DNA of 64,000 bases from Octopus vulgaris (GCA_951406725.2 OX597822.1:75330001-75394000); one strand, 5' to 3'; positions 13,405 to 28,505 are shown, numbered from the stretch's first letter. Notes: generated by a model not told the origin, from the letters alone. Translations and numbers: made by a program.

Positions 13405-14597
13405 ACTGTGACACAATACTCTTGCCCATGGTGCCACGTAGTGAGATCAAAACCGAAGCTGTGTGACCACGAGGCAGCTTCTCACCTTCTTAACCACACA
13501 GCGGTTATTGCAGTCTTGAGATCATTAAGTTCGGTTGATATTTAAGGTTTGATCGATAGAAACTAGTCTTTGCCAGTTCGTATCTGATGTAAGTAAATGT
13601 CTTGAGATTTATGTCTTCAAATATGTGGTTAGCATTTTAGAAACGATAAAGGAAGATATTTGAAGGAGATTGGATTGCACTTGGGACTTTGACATGGTTC
13701 ACAGCTGCATGATCGATTAATTTCATAGAATAATAGAAAATAGCACTTTTCATTTAACTACAAGGCTTACGGAAAATCACTTCGATAAATCATTAAAGGT
13801 CAAGCATAATTCTATTTTCCTGATGGGTGATGTAGTAATACTTTTTTTAAATGCCAGAATATGCGCAAGAGAGTGAGTGAAAGGGAGAGAAGAGAGAGGG
13901 AAAAAAGGGGAGAAGAGAAGAGTGAGAGGAAAAGAGTTCGCATAACAAGGGAGATAATCAACATAGAGTTGTTTTTAGTGATTTATCTACATTTAATGAC
14001 TTGGCCAAGACTGTTAACCGTTAACTGCTGTTTTTGAAGCTATAGATGCTGCTGCTATAACTATTTTGTTTTTAGTTGGTCTGAGGAAGATAGGAAGCGA
14101 ACGTAGGCCGTTGATAGCGCTTTACTATTCTATCAAGATCAATACGATTGATGTCCAGTTTCAAATGCTTCCGGATGATGCTTAAATTTAAAACGTAAAC
14201 AGAAAAGTTACAAAGGGATTCTGTTCTTGAAAGGGTGTATTTACTATGGGTATGTACCGAATGTGAAATAGAATAAGGATGTCCAAATGATGAGAAGCAG
14301 TTGCATCAAACCAACTTCAAAAGAAATGGTTAGCGAGTTCAAAGAAACACACATAGAGATATTACTTGTTTTCGAATATATCTTCTCCGTAAAAGATTTA
14401 TTATCAGGTATGCTGCTGATAAGATACTACCATTTAATATTTGAAAAAGAAACACATCGAAACACACAGAAGATATTTTTACATAAGAATTCCGGATACG
14501 TATTAAATTCTTGTGTACAAGAATACTCTCAGAACTTTAAAGAAGTAATGCATCGAAGTTGTAGCTTTTTAAAATGTTTATTATCATTTATTATCCG

Positions 14598-15330
14598 TTA
14601 TCTTTTCACTTGTTTCAGTCATTTGACTGCGGCTATACTGGAGCACCGCCTTTAGTCGAGTAAATCGACCCCTGGATTTATTCTTTGTATGTCTAGTACT
14701 TATTCAATTGGTGACTTTTGCCGAACCGCTGAGATACGGGGACGTAAACACACAAGCATCTGTTATCAAGCAATGCTGGAGGAGACAAACACAGACACAC
14801 ACACACACGCATGCACACACAGACACACACACGCATACACACAGAGACACACACACACGCATGCATACACAGACACACACACACGCATACACACACAGAC
14901 ACACACATAGACGACGGGCTTTTTTCAGTTTCCGTCTACCAAATCTACTCACAAGGCTTTGGTCGGCCCGAGGCTATAGTAGAAGGCATTTGCCTGAGGT
15001 GCCACGCAGTGAGACTGAACCCGGAACCATGTAGTTGGAAAGCAAGGTACTTACCACACAACCACTCCTTTATTATCTTTTATATTTTTGTTTGTTTTAG
15101 TCATTAGACTACGGGCATGCTGGGGCACCGCCTTTAGGATTTATTCTTTGTATGCCTAGTACTTATTCTATCGATGGGTCAATGCCTGGAAGAGCTTTTA
15201 GTTTAGCGAATCGATCTCTTTCCTTATTTTTATTCTAAGCTTGGGATTTATTCTATCGGTCTCTTTTGCCAAGCTGCTAAGTTACAGGGACGTAAACACT
15301 CCAGCAGCAGTTGTCAAGCGGTGGTGCAGG

Positions 15331-15363
<33 letters not shown>

Positions 15364-15535
15364 CACACACTCGTCCGAGCGCGATAGGCGTCTTTCAGTT
15401 TTCGTCTATTAAGTCCACTCACAAGGGTTTGGTCGACCCAAGGCTATAGTAGGCGACAATTGCCCGAGGTGTCACAGAGGACTGAACCCAGAACTATGTG
15501 ATTGGGAAGCTTCTTATCACACAACCACGAATGCA
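14598..15535 (-). mobile_element. Two tandem SINE family 1 copies
   Basis: About 14598-15068 and 15072-15535, reverse complement of family 1. Confidence 0.8.
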
Positions 15536-15687
15536 CCTCTTCACAGCTACGCCTGAAACTCAGTAACGACTATCACAATATTTGAACCTCGCATTCACTA
15601 TGGAAATGATTGTCCATGTATTGAACAGTTTAAAGTTAGATCTCCCAGTTGTTATTTTTTCTTTTTGTATATATATATATGAGATGT

Positions 15688-15975
15688 GGAGGCACATGGC
15701 CTAGTGGTTAGAACAGCGGACTCGCGGTTCGAATATCAGACCGGGCGGTGTGTGTGTTTATGAACGAAACACCTAAGCTCCACGCGGCTACGGTAGAAGG
15801 TAATGGCGAACTTCTGCTGACTCTTTTGCCACAACTTTCTCTCACTCTTTCCTCATGCATCTTGCAGCTCACCTGTGACGGACCGGCGTCCCGTCCAGGT
15901 GGAGAACCTATACGCCAAGGAAACCAGGAAACCGGCCCTTATGAGCCAGGCGTTTCGAGAAGGAACAAATAACAA
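15688..15975 (+). mobile_element. SINE family 3 (tRNA-derived)
   Basis: A-box tggcctagtggtta, B-box ggttcgaat; similar copies at 31563-31860 and 62020-62320. Confidence 0.85.
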
Positions 15976-15991
15976 ACATATATACGAGATA

Positions 15992-16292
15992 ACTGGCGCT
16001 CCATCGCTTTCGATGACGAGGGTTCCTGTTGATCCGATCTACGGAATAGTCTCCTCGGAGAATATATGTGTGAGTGGCTGAGCACTTTACAGTTCTCAGA
16101 GACATTCAGCATAAAACAGAATGTGACAAGGCCGGTCCTTTGAATTACAGGTACTATTCATTTTTGCCAGCCGAACGGTCTGGAGCCACGTGAAATAAAG
16201 TGCCTTTCCCAAGGACACAATGTGCTACAAGGAATCGAACTCATCTCCTTACGATCATGAGCCGTTTACCCTAACCATTAAACCACGCGCCT
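15992..16292 (-). mobile_element. SINE family 4, full length
   Basis: Reverse strand head ggcgcgtggtttaatggttagg...gagttcgattcc, core tgtccttgggaaaggcactt, family 4 tail. Confidence 0.75.
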
Positions 16293-16563
16293 TCCCTATA
16301 TATGAGATGTCGTTATCAAAATCTAAGCAAGCCAATGATTCTAATTTTGGCAAAAGGTCAGTAACTTTAAGTGAGGTGACACAAAGCGATTATACTGACC
16401 ACAGCACTTAACTGATGCTTTATTCCATCAAACCCGACTAGATAAAAGGTAAAATTTATCTAAGTAGGACGGATTCGAATTCAGAAGGTAAAGAATGGAA
16501 ATAATTACCATAAATACTTGTCCGACGTGCTCAATATTCTGCCTGTTAGCCGCGTCAATAATG

Positions 16564-16632
<69 letters not shown>

Positions 16633-16831
16633 CAGCACGGAATTTTGTCAGTGAATAGGTCGCGGTCTCAAAGCGACGAAAATATTTTGGCAAATTAAAT
16701 TCAAATGTTGAAGTGAATCTAACGGTTTTTGTGTGTATCTTAAATGGCTTATAAACACCTTCCACGCTGCAATTGTTTTCGTTCCAGCACACGATCTCAG
16801 ATCAGGACACTTACTATGCAAGTACATCTCC

Positions 16832-16872
<41 letters not shown>

Positions 16873-16879
16873 TATAATA

Positions 16880-17056
16880 ATCATAGTAGTATTAATGGAG
16901 AAAGAAAGCAAACGATGCTGGATCATAGATATAACTTGTCCAGCTGACAACAACGTATGCGATAAGGAAGAAAGAAAAGTCAATAGATATGACAGGTTAG
17001 CTTGGGAGGTGAAGCAGTTGTGGTCGATAAAAAGGGTAGCAGTAGTACCAATAATT
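16880..17056 (+). pseudogene. Restriction-like endonuclease fragment of an R4/Dong-type LINE
   Basis: IVVLMEKESKRCWIIDITCPADNNVCDKEERKVNRYDRLAWEVKQLW..VVPII aligns by eye with the RLE domain at about 45340-45520; it starts directly after (TAA)n. Confidence 0.75.
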
Positions 17057-17059
17057 GCG

Positions 17060-17335
<276 letters not shown>

Positions 17336-19559
17336 GTGTATCTGTCATTGCTTTTATCTCGATCTCTCAACCAATACACAAGCAACCTAGACAGACGACT
17401 CACAATGATTATTTCCTTACAGTCATTTTAAAATTAATTTCATTTTTGAACAATTCGTCACGAATGCAGAAATTATCCAAGACGATCACACAAGCATTCC
17501 GATTCTAAACATTTTAAATTCACTAAAAAGATTAGTCGTTTGATTGTCAAAGTTTCCGGTCTATTGTATATAATATTACATATATATAAATGAAAAAATA
17601 GAAACTAATATGTATTTTGAATTGGCTGCAAACAATGGGTCATGCACTATTAATAAGAAATTAATATATTCTAGCGTAATGGAGTCGTAACAATACCGAA
17701 GAAACATAGAAATAAATTGAATTAATTTTTTGGCTTTAATAAATCTTAATTAGGAAAAACAACCAAACTGATAAATTTCTTTTTATTAACCATTGTTGAG
17801 GTGTTTAAAAGATTTTTTTTACTGTCTTCGAGTTTATTAGTTTCGAGGGTCTTTTTTTGCCTTGTTATTGTTATTTATCTCTTGATCAACTTTGATCACG
17901 TTAATCTATGAACAAACGCGTTCCAGCCATGTGCATCGCCTCTGTAATGCAGCCATTGTGTTGTACTTACCAGCATTCTGTCGGTTGCGATGACTGTTGT
18001 TCCAGGTGGTCCGGTCAACGGAACAGCCTGCTTGTGAAATTAATGTCGAATACCCTAACCACTTAGCCACGCGCCTCCACTAGTGTTACGTTGAGGACTA
18101 CATCATATCATGTGCCCTTCCCTTTCTTTTTAAGATGTATGCATGGTTACATGGTTAAGGAGCATCTCTTCACATCTCTATGTGTTTCTGGGTTCGATAC
18201 CACAGCATGGCACCTCGGATAAAATATCGTTCATTAGAACTTCAGGATTGGGCGGTGGTCTGGTAGAATTATTAGCTCATTGGACAAAATGCTCAGCTCC
18301 AAGTCTTTACGTTCTATGTTCAAATCCCGCCAAGGTTATCTTTACCCATTTATTTTTTTTAGGGGATAATAAAATAAAGTACCGGTCAAGCATTGGGACC
18401 GATTTGGTCAGCTTGCCCTCTCCTCTCAAAATTACTGACCTTGTACCAAAATTTTCAACAATTATAGCTTCGGGTTAAAAAAGTCGCTCGTGTAAATTGG
18501 TTGACGGAGACTGTGTGGAAGCTCGTAGGAGGAAATGTTCCTGTCCTCGGGTTGTTGAATTAATTTCTCGCCGGTTCAATGCCACCATTCAAATATGTCT
18601 TCAAAATCTGGGTTAGGTTTCCGGATATTGATTTCTTCCCCACCCTTCATCAGTTCCCGAGACTCTGCTTTTCCGCCTCCGATTATCACATCAAAATATA
18701 GTAAAGTGTGACGTGAGGAGATTTGGTTGCTGTTTCTAGCAGGTCAAATTACCACGCAGAGCTTTCTGTCGTTATATATTTAGGTACAGTGTGTATTTCC
18801 TATCAAAAATTTGTCAGACGTTTTGTTCAGTATCAAAGAAAACAAACGAGATTCGACTGATGCACTGAATCAAAAGACACGAGAGGTACTTGTAGTACAA
18901 CCTTAAATATATGAGACTTACACCAGACAACATTAAGTATCAATTCAAAATGACTTAAGCGAGGTTTTTTAATACAAACACAGACTGGTTTACAGACAGT
19001 TAAAACATCTGTTAATAGAACTCTACAGGAAAACTCTGTGTGGATATATTTTCTATTTACCACAAGAATTCTTGTAGCTGCTTCCCTATAGAATACTTGT
19101 TGTTGACACAACTGTTTGTGAAGACAAAATGGACTTTTATTTCAGTGCTAAGATGTCTGGATATCAATAGTGGATGGTATGTGAGCTAAAACAGAACACT
19201 GATGAAATCGGAGTGTACCTTTCACAGAAACTGAACTGAAGCTCTCTCTTAGCACGGTGTTTGATTTTTAGTTTCCGACTCACAAAACCGGTTACCTGAT
19301 TCCTATGGCGTTTAAGTGATCGACACCAGAAGAGTACTTGGTTGGAGCTTCAAGGCTGAAAGGCGAAGTTGACCTCGACGTGACTTTTGGTGCGACATGC
19401 TAATGGTTCTGTCAGCTCGCAGTCAAATAGCTGTATAAGTCTGATCAGATGTTAACAAAAGAGATAAGGCCAAGACAATTGATGTTGATACATCAATATT
19501 AAGCACAATGTTGTAAACACGATTAGAATTGAATGACTTACGAAAATGACATGAAGAGA

Positions 19560-19806
19560 AGTGCAGGCATGGCCGAGTGCTTATTTAAGAAGTTAGCTTC
19601 ACAACCATATGGTTTCGGGTTCAGTCCCACAGCGCCGTTCCTTGGGAAAGTGTCTTCTACCATAACCCTAGGCCGGCTAATACCTTGGGAGTGAATTTGG
19701 TGGAAGGAAACTGTTGTGTGGAAGTTCGTCGCATACACACACACACACACACATACACATGCACATATACAGAGAGAGACAGAGAGAGAGATAGAGAGAA
19801 AGAGAA

Positions 19807-19844
<38 letters not shown>

Positions 19845-20065
19845 GAGAGAGAAATATGTATAGAGAGATGGGTGTATGTGTGTGCCTTTGTGTTTGCCCC
19901 TCTGCCGCTTGACAACTTGTGTTGGGCTATTTACCTCCTCGTAACTTAGTGATTCGACAAAACGGACTGATAGAATAAGTACTGGAGTCTATTTGTTCGA
20001 CTGAACTCATCATGGCGGCAACTCAGCTTTGCTGTCGTCCAAACACTGAAAATAGTCAAAGAATA
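19560..20065 (+). mobile_element. Diverged SINE family 1 copy with (CA)/(GA) core
   Basis: Family 1 motifs. Confidence 0.65.
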
Positions 20066-20088
20066 TTGACCCTGGGTGCACCGATAAT

Positions 20089-20488
20089 CCTTTCTACTAT
20101 AGGCACAAGGCCTGAAATTGGGGATAGGGGGATAGTCGATTAGATCGACTCCAGTACGCAACTGGTACTTCATTTATCAACCCCCACGAAAGGATGAAAG
20201 GCAAAGTCGACCTCGGCCGAATTTGAACTCAGAACGTAACGGCAGACGAAATACCTATTTCTTTACAATCCACAACGGGCTAAACACAGAGAGGACAAAC
20301 AAGGACAGACAAGGGGGTTAAGTCGATTATATCGACCCCAGTGCGTAACTGGTACTTAATTAATCGACCCCGAAAGGATGAGAGGCAAAGTCGACCTCGG
20401 CGGAATTTGAACTCAGAACGTAGCGGCAGACGAAATACCGCTAAGCATTTAGCCCGGTGTGCTAACCATTCTGCCAGCTCGCCGCCTT
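20089..20488 (-). mobile_element. SINE family 2 dimer
   Basis: Two bodies head-to-tail; 12-bp TSD tgcaccgataat at 20077-20088 and 20493-20504. Confidence 0.85.
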
Positions 20489-20640
20489 TAGATGCACCGA
20501 TAATGAGTTCAAAGATCACAATGGTTTCATACATTGGCACATGGTTAAGCATATGGATAAAGATTTACTCAATAAATTGATCCAAAGTATTTGACTGGTG
20601 CTTATACTATCGATCTTCAGAAGAAATTAGATAGCTACAT

Positions 20641-21027
20641 AGGCGCAGGCGCGGCTATGTGGCAAGAAATTTACTTCCCGACCACATGGTTCCGGGTTCA
20701 GTCTCACTGCGTGGCACATTGAGCAAGTATCTTCAACTATAGCTTTGGCCCAACGAAAGCCTTGTGAGTGGATTTGGTCGACGGAGACTGAAAGAAGACC
20801 ATCGTATATATGTTTGAATGTGTTCGTGTGTGTGAGTCTTTGGTCCTGTGTTCACTACTACTGCTTGGCAACCGGTGCTGGTGTGTTTACGTTTCCATAA
20901 CTTAGCAGTTCGGCAAAACAGACGATAGACAAGGTAACTGGTTTAAAATAGTCGATTCATTCGACTAAAATTCCCCAAGGTGCTGCTCCAGTACGGCCGC
21001 AGTCTAATACACTGAAACAAATAAAAT
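20641..21027 (+). mobile_element. SINE family 1 copy
   Basis: Family 1 head, core and tail. Confidence 0.8.
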
Positions 21028-22100
21028 AGTTAAATCATGCAGGATTTGAACGCGGAATGTAAATTGATCGAACGCAATACGGCTAGGTCTTTAAACCGTT
21101 GTTCTTCTATTCTTGTCATTTAACCATTTCTATTGAATGGATTCAAAACAAAACTTAAGAAAAAAAGACATAAAATCATGTTTCCCTTTTTATTATAACG
21201 CATAAAGTCCTTCTCAACAGCGAGGTTTAAGAGAATTCGCCGGAATGCTTAATAATTGTCATGTAGTTTATCAAAGGCAATCAACGGCTGTAGAATTTGA
21301 ATATAACAATAATTGACAGTTATTGCACATTGTGAAAAATATACCTGCTGACGTCATTTCGATTAGATCTAAATTTTCAAACTTGTTCTTGATCTTGCAA
21401 GATGACAGAGTACGATATGAATGGAATTTCGATGGTATATTTAGTAAATAGGGAGAGCATAAAGAAACTATCTCGTTGGCTTGACTCAAGTACATGCAAA
21501 TACATACATACATGCATACATACATACAATCACATGTTTTATGCCAGTAGTTATTTTCCAATCACGGTATCATTCTAGTATTCAGAATTTTGCGCACAGA
21601 GATCTTTAAAGGACTTTTATATCAACTGAAAACGCCATTGTATTTTCAAGCATTTGCTATCAAATTCAGGGTTTTCTTTTGATGTTTCAGCCATTGCAAA
21701 ACTCCGTTGAAGTTTTCTGTGTCTAAACTTTTGGATAATGATACGAAGCCATGTTACTGAAGTAACTACAACCATTAACTGTGGTCTTTAAGGCTCTTTA
21801 CGAATATACATTGAGCATTTCAGCATTTCGTAGACGAGGAGAATTAGCGTTAGCCATTCTGTATACACCCCCTTACATGTATTTATGAACACGTATCTTG
21901 TTTGTTTGTTTGTGTGTGTGTGTATAAATGTATGTATATACTGGCTCTCCGTCGCTTACCACCACGAGGCTTCCAGTCGATCCAATCAACGAAACAGCCT
22001 GCACGTGAAATTAATGTGCAAGTGGTTGAGCATATGTGTACCCTTAACGTACTTCCCAGGGAGATTCAGCGTGACACAGAATGTAACAAAGCTGGCCCTT

Positions 22101-22150
<50 letters not shown>

Positions 22151-22340
22151 ATTTCTTAAATATAGCCACGAAACACGTGTCGTTATTCTACCAAATATAT
22201 ACGTTTTATTTATTATTTTGCACATTACTTAATCATCGGTATATTATTTTTATCTTATATTTAATATTTCTATTATATGTAATTTTCTAGATGGTGTAAT
22301 TTAATTTTTCATTTTGAATTGATAAAAGGAGTTTTTTCTA

Positions 22341-22395
<55 letters not shown>

Positions 22396-22402
22396 CATAT
22401 AT

Positions 22403-22820
22403 ACGACAGGCTTCTTTCAGTTTCCGTCTACCAAATCCACTCACAAGGCTTTGGTCGGCCCGAGGCTATAGTAGAAGATACTTGCCCAAGGTGCCACGCA
22501 GTGGGACTGAACCCGGAACCATGAGGCTGGTAAGCAAGCTACTTACCACACGGAAACTGAAAGAAGCCCGTCGTATATATGTATATATATATATATGTAT
22601 GTATGCATGTGTGTGTATATGTTTGTGTGTCTGTGTTTGTCCCCCAAGAGCGCTTGACAAACGATGCTGGTTTGTTTACATCCCCGTAACTTAGCAGATC
22701 GGCAAAAGAGACTGATATAATAAGTACTAGACTTACAAAGAATAAGTTCTGGGGTCGATTTGTTCCACTAAAGGCGGTGCTCCGCAGTCAAATGACTGAA
22801 ACAAGTAAAAGAGTAAAAGT
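22403..22820. mobile_element. SINE family 1 copy with inverted 5' half
   Basis: 22403-22550 is the minus-strand head; 22550-22820 is the plus-strand body and tail. Confidence 0.8.
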
Positions 22821-24109
22821 GTATATACTAAGTCTTCTGTCCATCCTTGAGCAGGTATAATTTTAACAATTATCTTTTATGACAAATACGCATTAATTAG
22901 AAATGGTTTCAGTAAGAAGTTAAGCTACATACAGTACATCACACCCACCCTTCACCAGAGAAGAATCAGTCACGGTAACGTAATCTTGTTTATCCCCTTT
23001 TATAGTTTGGACGGCACTTCTAATATTGACAAGAATACTCTGGCTTTAGTTAAACAAACACGTTTTACTGAAGCAAAGGAAATGAACTTTACAATACAAA
23101 CAGCGTTAAGGTCAGCTAATCCTACCTAGTCCCCATAACCACCCACACCAAACACTACAATTTAATGCATAGACGCTTGTGACGATTGAGTTCCATCTAG
23201 CTGTCAATTTTGGGGATAAAGAAAATGTATATCCTTCCGTACACCACCGGAAAGCATAACAAAAGGCGCTCTACGAATACTTTTAAAGATCGTTATTATC
23301 AACATCTCTGTTCATTTAAAGCAAGGCATACAGACAACTTTACTTTCGTGTGTGCTAGTATATCTGGAATTTCAGGGAACAAGTATCTGGACTCTTTTCA
23401 TTAATTTAAGAATTCTCCATAAGCTGAGCAGAAGTTAACGGATGGCGAAACCGCGGCTTTGTCTATCTGAGAATTCTAGCTTTATCTCTTAAAAGAAGAT
23501 ACGAAATATTGTCTAGCTGATATGATGAAAGGAAAGAAAAGATGGCGAAAGGGGAAAAAAACGTGTCTAGATTAACATACGCGTGTGTCTTTGTGCCTCT
23601 GTTTGTCCTCCATCACCGCTTGAAGCCGGTATTGGTGTGTTAGTGGCGCTGTAACTCAGCGGTTCGACAAAAGGGACCGATAGAATAAATGCCAGGCCAC
23701 CAGCATAGCCACAGTCAAATGACTGAAACCAAAGATAAAAGATAGGAGACACATACATACACAGATGTATATGTCTGTGAGATATCACATTTACAATGAA
23801 TAAGAATTGAGAGGGTGATGTTGATACTGAAGCCCGGAAAAAGCAATAAGTATCTACAACTGGTAGCACACTGGGTGATCATCTCTCTTTTACACTATTC
23901 GCTATTTATTACTAGAATCTATCAAAACCTATTTATAATTATCTGTATTGAAATTGAATGAAGAAACTATAAAATATATATGAACAGTTGAAGAGGGGAA
24001 AAAAAGCCGGGACATTAGTTTTCTTAGATATTTATTTATCCATTAGAATATTTGACTTGTTTTTAATGATAGAAGTGCTAACAACACAGCTTTATGTTTG
24101 ATTCTCTCA

Positions 24110-24345
24110 TTACCACCGCTGCCACTATCATAGTCATAATCATCATCATCACTATCAGAACCACCACCACCACCACCACCACCACCACCACCACCACCAC
24201 CAACACCACGACCACAACCACCATCACCACCATCACCACCACCATCACCACCATCACCATCACTATTACCAAACCACCACCACCACCACCCACCACCACC
24301 ACCACCACCACCGCCACCGCCGCAGTCACTACCATTAGCGTCACC
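24110..24345. repeat. (CAC)n/(CAT)n repeat
   Basis: Directly visible. Confidence 0.95.
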
Positions 24346-24867
24346 ATTAGACAAATTAATTGGTTTCTATTAGATTCACGTCAGTTTTAAGATTTAATAT
24401 GAGCAGAAAATTAATGTTTCATTTAAAAACTCGTAGCGAATAAATCTACCAATGTATTATTTCCATAAAATTCATGAAAGAAGGAAAGACAAAATTAAAA
24501 TCCATGTATTATCGAAATTTATCTCTAAATGAGATGAAATCACACACATACAGACATACGCACACATACACACACACACTCATACATACACGCACACATA
24601 CACATACACTCATACACTCAAACATACATTCGCACACACTCACACACACACATACACACAAGATGATGTTTACCGCTTTATCATTTCATAGAATCAACAC
24701 CCAAAATGTGTGGAAATAAGATCTTATACTCTGCTGCATGGTTCAGCGTGATTTTATGTCTGAACACCAATAAAATATTCTGTATTTTGAACCTTATGCA
24801 ATCAAATTCATTCCTTGCGTGTCTGTAAAAGAAATATTCTTAAAGATGCATCTAGAAAGATGTTTGT

Positions 24868-25247
24868 TATTTCTTTATTGCTCACAAGGGGTAAACACAG
24901 AGGGGACAAACAAGGACAGACAAACGGATTAAGTCGATTATATCGACCCCAGTGCGTAACTGGTACTTATTTAATCGACCCCGAAAGGATGAAAGGCAAA
25001 GTCGACCTCGGCGGAATTTGAACTCAGAACGTAGCGGCAGACGAAATACCTATTTCTTTACAGCCCACAAGGGGCTAAACACAGAGGGGACAAACAAGGA
25101 CAGACAAACGGATTAAGTCGATTATATCGACCCTAGTGCGTAACTGGTACTTATTTAATCGACCTCGGCGGAATTTGAACTCAGAACGTAGCGGCAGACG
25201 AAATACCGCCAAGCCTTTCGCTAACTATTCTGCAAGCTCGCCGCCTT
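24868..25247 (-). mobile_element. SINE family 2 dimer, both units with Tx1-like tail
   Basis: 12-bp TSD aaagatgtttgt at 24856-24867 and 25252-25263. Confidence 0.85.
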
Positions 25248-25819
25248 GTACAAAGATGTTTGTGTTAATAGGATCATGGACTTTGTGCTATCTTGGCACA
25301 CGGGCAAACTGGGTTGCTGCCCGAGGCCTCACGGAACTAGGATCCGAATTCTGATCTATGTGACCTGAGGTTTTCTGTCAATAAATAAATACTATAGGGC
25401 CCACTTTAATGATTTGTCTGGAGTGGGTGCTACTGGCACTCCGACGGTTACGACGACGACGACGAGGGTTCCAGTTGATCCGATCAACGGAAGAGCCTGC
25501 TTGTCAAGTTAACGTGCAAGTGGCTGAGCACTCCACAGGCACGCCTATCCTTAACGTAGTTCTCAGTGAGATTCTGCCTGGCACAGAATGTTACAAGGTT
25601 GGCCATTTGAATTACTGGTACTGTTCCTTTCTGGCAGCTAAGTAGACGGAAGCAACGTGGAATAAAGTGTCTTTCTCAAAGACGCAACGCGCTGCTGGGT
25701 ATTGAACTCAGAACCTTACGATTGTGAGCCGAATACCTTAACAATTAAAGTATGCTTGTACTATATCATAAGAAATAAGCTCACAGTTCTGAGACGAATG
25801 TCAGTGATTAACAGATGCA

Positions 25820-26295
25820 ACCTACTTATTCAGGGTACTATATCAGGGTACTTATTCATGATACTGCATCAAGGTACTTATCCGGGGTACTGTATCAGGG
25901 TACTTATCCTGGGTACTGTATCAGGGTACTTATTCAGGATACTATATCAGGGTACTTATTCAGGCTACTATATCAGGGTTCTTATCCAGGGTACTATATC
26001 AGGGTCCTTATTCAGAATACTATATCAGGGTACTTATTCAGGGTACTATATCAGGGTACTTATTCAGAATACTATATCAAGTTACTTACAGGCTACTATA
26101 TCAGTGTTCTTATCCAGGGTACTATATCAGGGTACTATAGCAGGGTACTTATTCAGGGTACTATATCAGGGTTCTTATTCAGAATACCATATCAGGGTAC
26201 TTATCTAGGGCACTGTATCAGGGTACTTATTTAGGGTGCTTATTCAGGGTACTGTATCCGGGTACTGTATCAGGTTACTTATTCAGCGTACTTAT
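25820..26295. repeat. 13-bp minisatellite (cagggtactatat / cagggtacttatt alternating)
   Basis: About 35 degenerate units directly visible. Confidence 0.9.
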
Positions 26296-28408
26296 ATCCA
26301 TGAATCAAAACCAACGACGATCATACTGTATGTGATAATTATTTCTTCACGTTAGCAGTTGTGTTGTCACTCATTTAGAATACAGCAGATTAGATTTACA
26401 TCTGGAATACGACAGGGAGCATTAGTTTCGTTCAAAAGATTCCATTTACGTAATGGATACATATCTGAAATTAATGTGAAAACATCAGAGGCACAAATGC
26501 CTGTCATTTGCAATCCCTGACGGCACTAGATGCAAAAGCAGACAGAGAGACATAGCGTTCATGAGAGATGTGTCCTTAACTACAATGAAACGAATAAGAT
26601 TTCAATATACTCAGAAAAATGCGTGGAGCTGGCAGAATCGTTAGCACACCGAACAAAATACTAAGAGGCATTTCGTCCGTCTTTTCGTTCTGAGTTCAAA
26701 TTCCACCGAAGTCGATTTCGCCTTTCGACTTATCCACTACTCGGGAATTGCTGGTCTTGTGCCAAAATTTGAAACAGTTATACAAACAGAATGTAGCCAA
26801 GCTGTTCTCGATTGTCATATGCAAAACGCCGGCATAATAACCTGGGTCCCACAGTCAGGTTGAGCCGTGAACTTTGTTCAAAATTTGTCAAGTCTGCTAT
26901 GTAAACTGCATAAAAACTCATGTACACTTACGTGGATCTTTCTACTTGGAGGTGAAACTAGGAAAACGTGATTGTTGTTAATTAATAGAAGCAGCTTGCT
27001 GATTAATACAACTTTAAAACTTTAGGTCTGTGGAAAAATACATTTATAAGAAAAGGGATCCTCGGTAGCGAAAATATCGGGGACTTGTAAACCAGAAGAT
27101 GATCATGTAGTTCCTTAAAGTTTTAGCTCCAAAATACGACTGGGTGTTATAGTGTAGAGTGTAATGATTACTAACGCGTGGACCAGATGAGATCTTGTAG
27201 AGAACAGGGACTGGAAAATGACCGTGACAAAAAGTTTTATAAATATAACAGACTAGAAAGTAAATTATAAATCAGATAACTTCTATGAAGATACGTATCA
27301 GGGAAAAACTCCGAAAACATTTATCGCTACGTTGTTTTTCATTATAGTGAAAACCAGAGGCGTGTCTTCTATTTATTCATGGACCATTGAATATTCGAGA
27401 ACGCAATCTAATAATGGAACTACTATCCTTTTCTTTCCTGTTTTGTTTTGTTTTTCTAGACAATTCCTTAACGAACCTGGATATCGATCGGAAGTAATTT
27501 GTGCCGGAAATAACTTCAGATTATTCAACGGTTATTAAACATTAATGGTTGCAGACATAATTACTTAAACATTAATGCAGTAGGCTTAATTTATTTCGAA
27601 CAACGTAACATTTAGATAGGCAATTTGTAAGAGGATGGATTGAGGATTATATATACGCATGTAACTACTTATACATATTTCATTCACTCATTTATTCATT
27701 CAGTCACACACAACACATATATGTATATAACTATATGTATATATATGTATTTATGTATGAGGCTCACACAATACACATACATATTTCTATTTTTCTCTCT
27801 CTATCTCTGTAGCTGTATATATATATATATATATGGTGTGTGTGTGTGTGTGTGTAGATATTCATATAATGTATTTAATAACATATAAATGCAACAATAA
27901 TAATGATTACTTCTTAGATTGTTGCAAAATTGCAAATTTATAACGGAAAGATGAAAGACAACACACCTCTCTCACGCTTTCTCTCTCATTCTTTGTATGT
28001 ATGTATGTATGTATGTATGTATGTATGTATGTATGTATGTATGTATGTATGTATGTATGTATGTATGTATGTATGTATGTATGTATGTATGTATAGAGAA
28101 TTTAATAACAGTTTGATTCAGTAATATGCAACATGAAGTCTCGTAGGCATGTAAAACATACCAAACTGGTCAGGCATCTGGAAACATTCCTGACAGATTG
28201 GGTTCGTTCAACGAGCTTACGAAACTTTAAGATGCATGGAGCTTAGTGAAAGTGTTACTAAATAATACATGTAACACCAAACAAATGTTGAGTGCCTCAT
28301 TTTCCACCTTTTGCACTCACTCGTGTATATATATATATGTATATATATTACATGTATATGTATATATATGTATGTATATATATATATATTTATATATATG
28401 TATGTATG

Positions 28409-28445
<37 letters not shown>

Positions 28446-28467
28446 ATATATATATATATGTATGTGT

Positions 28468-28505
<38 letters not shown>

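Noticed and set aside
14065-14250. Candidate exon on either strand (minus: IIRKHLKLDINRIDLDRIVKRYQRPTFASYLPQTN-stop)
   Set aside because: No recognisable homology and no partner exon in a consistent phase.
15688-15745. tRNA genes at SINE heads
   Set aside because: A and B boxes are present but there is no complete cloverleaf, and each continues into a multi-copy SINE body.
21343-21490. Possible minus-strand exon (SQANEIVSLCSPYLL...)
   Set aside because: Weak acceptor and no homology recognised.
25702-26295. CRISPR-like array or repeat protein
   Set aside because: Contiguous 13-bp units without unique spacers, eukaryotic context and no cas genes.
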